64,000 bases of DNA from assembly GCA_965113315.1 (NCBI GenBank), contig OZ220363.1; one strand, written 5' to 3'. Under the pieces are notes generated by a model. It was not told the DNA's origin. It did not search any database and worked only from the letters and a program-made list of their open reading frames with translations. Both the position numbers and the translations under genes were made by a program. Positions within the stretch are counted from its first letter, which is position 1, and each line of letters starts with the position of its first letter. The DNA is from Podarcis vaucheri (taxonomy: Eukaryota). Shown here one piece after another: positions 1 through 11,900 of the stretch.

Positions 1-111
1 TGGGAACAGGATTGTGGACCCTTGATTTTTCCTAGAAGGACTTCTGTCTTCATATAGCTGCAGGTACCAACACATCTCCTGTGTAGATGAGCCTGGAGGA
101 ATTATTTAAAC

Positions 112-850
112 CAGGGCGGTCCAACACCTGGCCTGAGGGCCACATGAAGCCCTCAATGCCTTTTTGGTTGCCCTCAGCAGCAGCATTTGACTCCCAACCC
201 CACAGCCTTCGCACTGCCTTTCCAAAGCTGGGTAAGCAAGGCCCTGGCTTTGGGCAGGAGGAGTGAGAGCTCTGACAGGGTCCTAGAGTCCTCCATTCTC
301 CTTTCCAAAGCTTAGTTAATGGGTAGGCAAACTAAGACCCGTAGGCCAGATCTGGCCCAATTGCCTTCTAAATCCAGCCCGCAGATGGTCCGGGAATCAG
401 CGTGTTTTTACATGAGTAGAATGTGTGCTTTTATTTAAAATGCATCTCTGGGGTATTTGTGGGGTCTGCCTGGTGTTTTTACATGAGTAGAATGTGTGCT
501 TTTATTTAAAATGCATCTCTGGGTTATTTGTGGGACATAGGAGTTTGTTCATTTCCCCCCCCCCATAATATAGTCCAGCCCACCGCAAGGTCTGAGGGAC
601 AGTGGACCAGCCCCCTGCTGAAAAAGTTTGCTGACCCCTGGCCTAGTTAGTGCTTTCCCAACTTTGGGAAGAATGTGAGCTTTCCAGAGCCTCACACCTC
701 TTTTCCAAAGCCCAATGCCTCGCATATCCAACTTTGGGAAGGTAGCATGAGGGCTGAGGGGGCATCACATTTTGGCCTTGCTCTTCTCCACCCCCGCACA
801 TCAAGACAGTGTGCAGCCTGCATGTTCTGTGTCAAAGTTGGACTGCCCTG
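112..850. mobile_element. Non-autonomous hAT DNA transposon (host of a nested MITE)
   Basis: TIR CAGGGCGGTCCAAC / GTTGGACTGCCCTG; perfect 8-bp TSD ATTTAAAC (104-111, 851-858). Confidence 0.85.
318..640 (+). mobile_element. hAT MITE nested in the 112-850 element
   Basis: TIR (c)ATGGGTAGGCAAACT / AGTTTGCTGACCCCTG; TSD GCTTAGTT/GCCTAGTT; same family at 9889 and 27223. Confidence 0.85.
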
Positions 851-1362
851 ATTTAAACATTGACTAAAGCCTAACTTTCAAAATTATTGAATTTGTTACA
901 AAAAAATAAAAATGGGGGGCATGCCTGCAATCAGGCCTAAGGTCAGTTCTTCTTTATGGTTTTGTTTTTATTGACCCATCAAGCTTTTGGATATTTCTTA
1001 CCTAGTTGAGTGGCCTGCTTTGTGTTTCATATTGAGGTTACCCAATATTTATTTTTATGTAGGAGTAGCATTTCCTTTAGATTTTGTAAACATTTGTAGA
1101 AATTGGAAATGAGAATGTTACATGAATGTTGGTGTGAGGTAACAGCTTCTGCTTGAGTTCATCATGACTATACCTATGCATTTCCCCCTATTTTGCAAAA
1201 ATATAATTTGCTCCTTTAACTCCTGCACTATAAGGTGACAGATGATAGATTTACTAAAGCATGTGATCGGACAATGGCATTATTATTTTTACCATTCATT
1301 TATTACAATAATCTGTATCCTGCCTTTCTATGCACATGCTTGGTTCACACGATGCTTTAAAC

Positions 1363-1493
1363 CAGGGACGTGGAACCGTTGGCCCTCCAGATATTTCTTT
1401 GAACTTCAACTCCCATCAGTCCTAGCAAGCATGGCCAATGGCCTGGGATGATGGGGGTTGCAGTCCAGTGACATCTGGAAGACTCTACACCTG
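1363..1493. mobile_element. Short hAT-type MITE (aactcccatca...tgatggg family)
   Basis: Palindromic core; flanks ctttaaac/gtttaaag; related copies near 10500-10605, 39435-39510, 46200-46361. Confidence 0.65.
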
Positions 1494-2816
1494 GTTTAAA
1501 GCCTGCTTAAACCAAACTATGGTTTAAAAGGTGATTATGCAGTGTGCTGGTGCCTGCTGCTCAAATTGTGGGTGCTCTTGGCTCCTTCCTCACTTCTCCT
1601 TAGCTGCTGTACCTAAACTAGGGCTTGTGGTTTCTCCAAACTATGAGTGATAACAATAGTAACCAAGATCTATTCTTGGCTTACTGTTCATGGTTTGTTT
1701 GGGCAGGGGGAAAACAAATCAGAAGCCTCGGTATAAATGTAACCCTAAGGTTTACAATGGCTTAGCTCCTAGCAGCATGACAGCAGCTGGAGTGGGAGAA
1801 GAACAAAGCACCCATAATTTCAGCAATGCACACCAAAATGCTCCACATTCACCTTTACAACTCAGACACTATTCAGCTTTCCAGTTTAACTGCAGCTAGG
1901 CCATTCTTCTTATTAATTCAGATTGAAGCAGGTTTTGGGGAAAGCGTGTCAAAATGTAGTATTTCCTAAAAAACCCCAAGAGGATATAGATGGATTTGGG
2001 TTGTGGCTGACGTGTGTACATTGCTTCCTAAACCAACAGTGGGAGCCCACTGGATTCAGAGTAAATGGGAGTGTGTTCATAGCCATTGTTTAGTGTAACA
2101 ATAATTAAATTGACATGCAAACCAAGCCCGAGTGTGCTTAAGGCAGTTGCAAAACAAAACAAAAACCTCTTCCATAATTTTTATTATGAGAGTCAATTGT
2201 AACTCTCTGATTTGCAATTCTACAAACACATTTTACAAGGGACATTGTCTCATTGAACTCAGTAGGATTTCTGAGCAGTGGTGCAGTTAGGTAATTTTTG
2301 ACTCTGAACTTAATAATCTTCACACACACACACACTCCCACAGTAGATAGCAACGTGTGTTCCTTCATTTCAAAATGTGGTGAGCCAGCCCTGCTGTGTT
2401 TGGGGCCATTTTGCTCATTCTGCTGAGTAGGGGCCCTGGACACATCCCCCCAAGCCCTGCCCTGATGGCATCCCTACTCCTGAGTAAACACACAGAGGAT
2501 TGAACTGTTAGTAATCTGCCTGGTTCTCCTGAAAGTAGCTGTGTGTTTAACGCTTTCTTTTACATTCATGAATAAAGCTTGACAGAGCTGTAGGGACTCA
2601 GAAAGCAGTCTTGTGAAATCGCTACAGGAAGAAAAAAAAACACCACGCAGTCTTTTGTAGCCAGAATTTCCTCCAAGTACTTCCAGCTGCACTTGGAAGG
2701 ATGAGTCACGCTGGAAGCGAAGGAGGTTTTCTACGAGCCTTTTGCTTAGTTCACATGATTTTTTTTTAATTTTACATTCCTATCTGTTTTTCTTTCCTTA
2801 AAAAAAATTTGTTAAG

Positions 2817-2965
2817 GAGATTCACCCAAGGAAAATCCGTACGAGGATGTGGAACTAAAAGCCCGTAATGCAGGCCGAAAATCCCAGCAGTTCTCAGAAA
2901 GTTCCCTAGATACTTTGCACAGGATGTGGACTCCGCAGGACAGGAAGTACACAACACCTCCACAG
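2817..2965 (+). CDS. DENND2B: DENND2B exon (DSPKENPYEDVELK...YTTPPQ)
   Basis: ttaag| acceptor, |gtaatg donor; peptide recognised. Confidence 0.92.
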
Positions 2966-5900
2966 GTAATGCTGCATGTCCAAAAGAGGGCTGGGCTATG
3001 CTCAGACCTTGTGTTTAGATGTGAACGTGTTTTATTTGTTTGTTTGCAAAAGAACTAGCCACAGGAGCAGAGATAGGAAAAGGGATACTAACTGTAAATG
3101 AACTTGATGAAACCAAAAAAGGTTATTAGAAAGGAAGTACAATCCTTTTAGATGTTTGCTGTAGAAAAAAGGAAGATTAAGTTTATATAGATTTGCTGTA
3201 AACATTCACTTAAATTCTGTGATGCTATTTGATACTTCATATAGTTATAAAGTTTGTTACCCTTTGCTAAAGTTAGTAACTCCCAGAATGAGTCACTGAA
3301 TGTTCTGTCAGTTTCAATAGAAGATAGGCAAAGCTCTGGGTGGTGTTGTTTTTTTAACCTAAATTATTATGAATTGTCAACCCAGGCTTTATATCTAATC
3401 TACTAAAAATAGTGTTAAAACAATGAATGGGGAAATGGCAAGGCACAGCAAGATTTTCCTTAGACAGATAACTGCTTTAGCTCCTCATCTCCCAAACCAA
3501 TGTTGCCTCTTATATGACAGTCATGCTGGTCCTGTATGGATGTATGTGAAAATGCTTCATTGGGTTTAGTGTAATTTACTTCTAGAAAAAAAATAACTGA
3601 AATCAGAGGGCATTATTTCCAAATGCCTTTGATAAAATTATGTAAGGGCTTGTAATGTTTATGACATAATAGGTAAAGGTAAAGGTACCCCTGCCCGAAC
3701 GGGCCAGTCTTGACAGACTCTGGGGTTTGTGCGCCCATCTCACATCTATTGGCCGGGGGCCAGCGCTGTCCGCAGACACTTCCGGGTCACGTGGCCAGCG
3801 TGACAACGCTGCTCTGGCGAGCCAGAGCCGCACACGGAACGCCGTTTACATAATAGCCTACAGTAAAAACCTTGACGTATGTGGAATGTCAAATTAATTT
3901 TGAATCAGTGGGCTTTAGTTCTGAATTCACTTATTGATTATAAATGGGCTTGTGTATTTGTTTTGTTCAAAATAGATTTTTAAATGTCTGATTTTGTTTT
4001 ATAAAAATGAACACTATCTCTCATGAATTTGGATTAGTGTTGTTAAAGATAGTCTGTGTCTGAGTGCTGATTGGATTACATGATCAACTAGTTCTTTCCA
4101 ATACTGTATTAGGAATCTAGAACTTATGTTTGTGCTGAAGCAAACGAATTGAGTGGGTTATTATTAAACAACTACATAAACTTATTATTTGTATCTCACA
4201 CAAAAAAGCAGAAGACATAAGACCTTTTTACACAGATTCTCTTTTGTATGACAAATGGGTGTTTGAAAACTTCCATCTACCTGCTAGCCCATAGTTCCTC
4301 CCTTGGCGCTTACAGATTATTACAATGCAATATATAATGTACAATACAATAAAAACGATCAGAGACAGAAACAAACTTCACCACTGGACAGAATAAAATC
4401 AGTAACTTTTAGCAAATTACAACTGCTTTCCTAAAAAGAAACTTGTTACCAGCTTCCCCCAAAGTGATTGTGTTAAGAAGTAGACTTCCCACAGTAACTA
4501 CCTTCCTAAGCTCTGATGACAGGGACATGTGGAACATATTTTTGCATCAGTCTGAGTGCAGTCCCCAGATCTTTCCTCAAGGAAACATTTTAATGGAATG
4601 ATATTGCACTTCCTGACCACTCAAAAGCGCAGTATATCCCCTGATGATAGTCACTGCTATTACGGTTGTGTGCTCATCTCGCTTTACTGGCTGAGGGAGC
4701 CAACGTTTGTCCACAGACAGTTTTTCCGGGTCATGTGGCCAGCATGACTAAGCCGCTTCTGGCGAAACCAGAGCAGTGCACGGAAACGCCATTCACCTTC
4801 CTGCCGGAGTGGTACCTATTTATCTACTTGCACTTTGATGTGCTTTCGAACTGCTAGGTTGGCATAGATACGTATAAAAGCCACAATATTATGCATGGTG
4901 TGACAAAAGTTGACAGAGAGAGGTTTTTCTTCCTCTTCCTCTTATAACACAACCGGGGGTCATGAATGGTGGGAGATTATGACATACAAAAGGGAGTACG
5001 CTTCACAGAGAATTATTAATATATGTTTAGTGGGAGGGAAGAAAGACTCTGTATTGTCATATCTAAAAAGGAAGAGATGAAATATTATTCTAGCTGTGCA
5101 ATCCTGACCATATTTACTGTGAAGTAAGCCCCACTGTGTTCAGTGGGATTTGTTTCCATGCAGGTGTTGATAGAATTGAAGCCTAGAGCAGTCAATTGCC
5201 AAGTACTGAGAGTTCTGTGGAAGACATCCCCAGTTAAAGATTGCAAGCCAAGAGAGTGATGGGACTAGAAGGGCTAATGTTCTGAGCTGGTATAAGGCAG
5301 CTCATTATACTAATGGCAGAATGTAGTCTTTTTCAATGAAAAGGGCAATTTTGTCTCCCTGACTAACAATCTCTCCTTATTTACTGTTCACTGAAGCTCA
5401 TTTGAGGTCTTTCTGCTAATTATATTAAAAATTCAGTGAAGGCCCGGCACGGTTGGACTTTGCCGGAATAACTGTGTTTCTATGGGTGGAATTTGTTTTT
5501 CTTCCAAAATGATATTGTAGAGCTGGAAAAGGTGTGCAAAAAGGCAGCCAAAATGATCAGGGGGATAGAGTAACTCACAACAAATGAAGCTTACAATATT
5601 TGGAGGCTACTGAATTTTTTAAAGGGGGGGTAAGGGTGAGCATGATAGAAGTGTGTAAAATTATGCGTGGAGTAGAGAGAGTGGACAGACAGAAGTATTT
5701 CTCCATCAGTCAACATCCTGGAGCCCAGAGTCATCCAGTTAAGCGAAATGGTAGGCAATTCAAGACTGACAAAAGTAAGTACTTCTTCATAAAGCACATA
5801 GTTAAACTATGGAAATCACTTCAACAGGATGTGATGATGGCCACCTACGGATGGCTTCAAAAAGGAACATAAGGCTATCATTGGGTACTAGACAAAATGG

Positions 5901-8900
5901 CTACACACCATTTCCAAGATCAGAGGCAGGGTGCCCCTGAATACCTGTGCCTGGAGATTATGAGCAGGCAAGTACTGTTGCTGTCATGTCTTGCTTATGG
6001 TCTTCTCATAGGCACCTGGTTGGCCAATGTATGAAACACAGTGCTGGATTAGATAAGCCTTTGGTCTGATCCCCCAGGGCTCTTCTTACTTTCTTATGCT
6101 TACTTCTTAGCTACCTTCAAAGCCCAGCAGCCAGTCACTAAGAATCGGAAACTGGTCAGAAAGGAGAAGCCATCGTGTACCACGGTTACCCAAGAGACAC
6201 AGTCATGATGACATGCTGCTGCTGGCCCAGCTTGGCATTCCCTCCTCTCCATCCAGCCTGAATGAAGACAGTTTGAGTACTACCAGCGAACTTCTTTCCA
6301 CACGCAGAGCCCGGAGGGTCCCAAAGGTAACTACTACTAATCGGTCATGGTGTTGCTTTTTCTTACCCTTGGTGTAATATCCCCAATTCAGTACAAAATT
6401 AAGTATTGTTGCTGGAGGCAGTGTGCCCTTGAATGCCAGTTGCTGGGATTCACAACTGGACAAAGTGCTATTGCTCTCAGGTCGTGTTTTTCGTTTCCCC
6501 ATAGTCCTGATCTAGCAGGGCTCTTCTTATGTTCTTACTGTGNNNNNNNNNNNNNNNNNNNNNNNNNNNNNNNNNNNNNNNNNNNNNNNNNNNNNNNNNN
6601 NNNNNNNNNNNNNNNNNNNNNNNNNNNNNNNNNNNNNNNNNNNNNNNNNNNNNNNNNNNNNNNNNNNNNNNNNNNNNNNNNCAAGACGAAATTAATTCAT
6701 TCCGTGAGTTTTTTCGTCTTGCGGTTTTTTTCGTCTTGCGAAGCACGGTTTCGGAAAAGTTTTGGAAAAGCTTCAAAAATCACCAAAGTCTTCAAAAACC
6801 TCAAAAAATGCTACCACACCGCATGCTGTGAGTTACTCCTCGAAGTCAAGTCGCAACTGTATTAACAGTTTTAAGAAAAAGGAAACAAACTTGCAAGACG
6901 TTTCCGTCTTGCGAAGCAAGCCCATAGGGAAAATCGTCTTGCGAAGCAACTCAAAAAACCAAAACCCCTTTCGTTTTGCGAGTTTCCCGTCTTGCGAGGC
7001 ATTCGTCTTGCGAGGTACCACTGTACACAACAATGCATGTGGGAATACCTGGGCTGTGGGGGGTGGGAAAGTCCCTGAGCTTTTTTTTGTGCTGCAGCAA
7101 CCAACTTCAAACTGAAAGGTAAAAGCACTAAAACCGTCATTGCTTACACATGTGGTGTAAAGCACATGTATATCCATGTAACACCTGATGTGGCCTTCTA
7201 GCTCTCAATAAAGGGAAAACAACTGCATGAAATATCCACAAAGACATCTGAGTTATGTTGCTGGCACAGTGGGTGTCTGCCTTCACCACTCCATTTCTGG
7301 AAAAGATTTTTTAGGTGCATGTGTGGAAAGGGGCGATTACATGCTTTCCCTTAATCACTGCAAACTGGTGCATTGCTCTGTTTTGCTTAAATTATAATGT
7401 GAGTAGCAGTTGACCTGATGCTATTTATAATCCATGGTTTGTGCCTAAAGTTTTTTGTTTTTGTTTGTCATGGTGGTTCCCAAGGAAATCACCACTGATC
7501 CAACTTGGGTCCTATTGTTTATATCTGTACTATTCAGATAGCTGCGTCATGGCAGATTTGAAACAAGCCTCAATTAAAGTTAAGCTCTTGCATCTTGGTA
7601 AAAAACTTACAAATCTAGGAAGGAGACGGAATAATTATCTGGTAGTATGAGCAGTTAGAATGAACAATAGCATATTTATTTATAATGGTAAATGGAGCAT
7701 TTTCCTTATATGTTTAACTCTTTCCTGTGCAGTTGTGTTTAGTACATTCTTAACAGAACTTCCCCTCCCTCTCTTCTCCCTGTTCTGGGTTTCTCCCAAA
7801 CCATTTGGAGCAGATTTGGAGAGGGCAGAGGGTGTGCTGAGAGGAGGGGAGGTGCTAACACATCCTGTGCATTGCATGCTGCCCTCACCCACACCTTTTT
7901 TATTCTCCATCTTTATTAGAGTTCAAGTGCTGATTTGATGGAGGCTAATGGTTCTCCTCTTCTTTTACAGCTTGTACAAAGAATCAATTCTATCTATAGT
8001 GCAAAGAGAGGGAAAAAAAGATTGAAGAAGCTTTCAATGTCCAATATTGAAACAGCATCACTGAGAGGTATATCATGAAATCCGTTTTAGCACCCATCTT
8101 TTATTACAGAAGTCACTTTTACACTGATATATTGTATAATAAATAAACAGATAAAGCTGCATGGTCAGGTGCTTGTTCCTAAACACAAACTAGGGAATTG
8201 CAGCCAATTAGGGGTCCCTGGTGTGCATCCGTCAGCATTTAGGAATGCCCATCTGCCTTTCACATTTTGCACATTTAGTGCAAGAGATACTAGGGAAATG
8301 TGGCCATAGCTGCAGCAAACCTGATTGCTATATAAAGTGTGAAGCGGCTCTCAATGTTTCCTGGAAGGTGCCAGCTAATTTCTGCAGAACTGAAGTGCCC
8401 AAATGTGCTCATGGTGAAGCCACACCGGCCATTGATGTATTTCTGTCAACTTGTTGCATATGCAACAATGTGAAAGTAAAACCAATTAATAAAACTGGAT
8501 CCTGTGTGCATATTCTTTCCAAATGAATGTTTTTAACATTTGCTATGGTCTGTGCATTTCATGTGCATCTTTGTATGTGCATGTGATCATGTATGCCAGT
8601 GTGTATGTTCCAGTGTAGCAGAAGTAATGAGAGTTCCTGATGTTCCTGCCCTATGAGATGTACCACTCCGACACCAAGACATGAAAACATAGAGGGCTTA
8701 GGAAGTTGTCTTGTACTAAGTGAAGCCATTGGTCCACTCACATTGACTGGCAGCAGCAGTACAGGGTTTCAGACAGGGAGATGTGGGAGACTGAACCTGC
8801 GACCTTCTGCATACAACGCAGATGCCTTTCCGCTGGCCTATGGCCCTTCCCTTATATCTAGATCTGAACTTAGCCTTGCTACTGCTTGCTGCTGGCTCAG

Positions 8901-11900
8901 TTATAGCTGCTCTCTGCCCTTGACACATCGCTGTTAGCCTGCTTAAGAGCAGCCACATCAGGTGAATGCGTCGCCAGCCAAGCTACCAGTATGCCCAGTT
9001 ACCCAAGTAGGCATTCGTCACAGAATTAATTCATGTTACAGTGGTGCCTCGCAAGATGAAAATAATCCGTTCCGCGAGTCTCTTCGTCTAGCGGTTTTTT
9101 CGTCTTTCAAAGCAACCCTATTAGCGGATTAGCGCTATTAGCGGTTTAGCGGCTATTAAAGGCTTAGCAGCTTAGCGGCTAAAAGGCTATTAGCGGCTTA
9201 GCGGTTTAGAAAAAGGGGGGGAAGCGAAAAAAAATCGCAAGACTCGCAAGACGTTTTCGTCTTGCGAAGCAAGCCCATAGGAAAATTCGTCTTGCGAAGC
9301 ACATCGAAAAACGGAAAACCCTTTCGTCTAGTGGGTTTTTCGTCTTGCGAGGCATTCGTCTTGCGGGGCATCACTGTATTCATACAGATTTCTGACTACT
9401 TAAGCTTTTAAAGTGTCCCCCTTGACTTCTCTGAGGTGTTACAATCTCTTTTCAGTAAAAAGAATTTGAATGGGAAAGTGTCAAACTAGTTTTCAAAATG
9501 CTTCCTCAAGCAGCCTGGAAATTACTTTTTTCTTAAAGATTTCCATAATCCTGAAACATCGCTTGACCATGTATCTTCATTGCAGGACAAAAGGACACAC
9601 ATTATTTTTATTATTATTTTGCTAACTTTAAGAGCAAACCTGAAGTTTCCTTCTGATAATAGAATCCTTCTCTCTCTTTCAGATGAAAATAGTGAGAGTG
9701 AGAGTGATTCAGATGACAGGTTTAAAGGTGAGAGGCTCAGCATTCCTTATCTACTAGTTGCTGTACAATCCAATGAAATTAAATGGGAGACAAGGTGATA
9801 GAACTACAGCTCCCCCTTACCACATCCCATTTCATCTCTGACAGCAGAGGCACGTGAGGGTGGCAGTGGAGCAGCAGTGGCATGCGATCAGGGGTCAGCA
9901 AACTTTTTCAGCAGGAGGCCGGTCCACTGTCCCTCAGACCTTGGGGGGTGTGTGTGGACTATATTTTTTTTTGGGGGGGTGAACGAATTCCTATGCCCCA
10001 CAAATAACCCAGAGATGCATTTTAAATAAAAGGACACATTCTACTCATGTAAAAACATGCTGATTCCCGGACCATCCGCGGGCTGGATTTAGAAGGCGAT
10101 TGGGCCGGATCCGGCCCCCAGGCCTTAGTTTGCCTACCCATGCCGCTAGGTGCTGGCAGCACTGTGTTCACTTGGATGGTACAGGGTGGCAGCAAGGTCA
10201 GGGAATGGCAGCAGCATTCTATAGGTGCATCCTGGCTGCTACTGCCAACTTGGAGCTCTCCGGACTTTGCTGTTGCCCTAGTCCTCCTTTTGCTGCTGGC
10301 TGAGCATCATTATAAATGATGCTGCTGGTCTCTGAGGGTCTGCTGAGCATAAGAATTGGCCTTTGGAGAGGTACAGTATGGGTGCAGTAAGGAAGACACA
10401 GGAAAGCCGTTTCATTGTCCTTGGGATGTTTGCATTTGACTAAAGTAATTATTCTCATGCAAGGCCTTGTATTGGTAACCTCCAGCCTTTCATGATAGTC
10501 TTGAACTCCAACTCCTGTAATTCCTGACCATTGGCCATGCTAGCCGAGGATGATGGGAGTTAGAGCCCAACGGCATCTGTAGGGCCACAGGTTTCCCAAT
10601 CCCTGCATTTAGCCAATAAGAATATAATAAGTGGTGGTCATTGTGATGGACAATTATAACACTACTTTTCCTAAATGCCTAAAGCACTTTGTAGATATGT
10701 TATATCAGTAATCATTATCTATAGCAAGCCTATATAATATGCCAGTACTGTCATCACCCTATTATAGATTGGCGGCAGTAGGCATTTAAGGTGAACGCTA
10801 CCCAATACAGTTCTTCCCAGCTTGGAGCACCTGCTCAGAACCAGCATTTTGTGCAGCTTATCTTCTTTTTACAGTTTTTTTGAACATGGAGCAAATTAAT
10901 TAAGGTGCACTAAATGCAAAGCTTCATATAAAGGAATGTTTTTTTAAAAAAATAAGAAGAAATATGGAGGATATGACTATCACTTAAAAATCCTTTAAAG
11001 ACAGTAATAATGATGATGATTAAATGATTGTGAAATTGCTGGCCACAGTTTCTCTTCTCCTTAGTCGTCTTTGCTGCTTTTGCTTTCTAGCAGTCTGGTG
11101 TATCTCAGTCTTTGTCTGGCCAGTAAATCTGTTTTTATGGACTTATTTCCCAGCTAGTGCCAGAATCTGCTTTTATTCCAGTGAATTTCCTGGCTTTAGG
11201 TTGATACAGATTACTGTGGTATTCTGAGGTGCAGCAGAAATGGATGGGTGAAACTGCAGCTTGTTGCTGCTCCTTCTGTGGGGCCTTAAAATTTGTATTA
11301 TATATTTGTTATTGTATTTTTACCAAAAGGTAATGCTCTTATATTACTTGGGGGCATTCACTCCAAGAGGAGCTTCCTTTATTTCTGCTTTTTAAAAAGC
11401 AATGCTATCATCAGTCTAGTCCCTGATCTAGATTGGGACCACATTGCAGGGGACAAAGGGTTAAATGTCTCCCTAATACACACCCTCATTCAAATCAGCC
11501 CCCCACCATATCTACATGGGGGGGGGGGGAAGAGAGAAGGGAAAGTTTTGTTGTGCAAGCAGAAGTCCTTGTGTAGGGCTTCCGCTGCCAGGAATCCTTA
11601 GTTGAATCTCACCCAGAGGACTTTATCACATCAAGGTTGAAACATATTTGGCAACACAGACCTGATTCTAAAGTGATGTGAGAAGCTATTTTATGTATGC
11701 TTGTTTGTTAATAAAGTATAGTGATCGTTACGGTTTACAGCCTGTTGCATTTGATGCTATGCAGTCAGCTGACTTCGTAAAGCTTGAGTAAGTTGTATTC
11801 CTCAAGTTTCTTTTCACGAACTTTTATTGCTTCTGTATTTGAAAAGACTTTCATTTATGTAGGAAATAAAGACATGCAGAATTAAAAGTGAACGTGCTTG

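Noticed and set aside
6682-7023. Regularly spaced cgtcttgcg repeats resembling a CRISPR array
   Set aside because: Eukaryotic intron; short boxes in both orientations inside a TIR/TA-bounded MITE; no cas genes
6347-7177. ORFs of 99-172 aa around the first gap, and similar ORFs at 41540-42098 and 44014-44324
   Set aside because: They read through Ns or through non-coding MITE sequence; the recurring peptides only reflect the repeat
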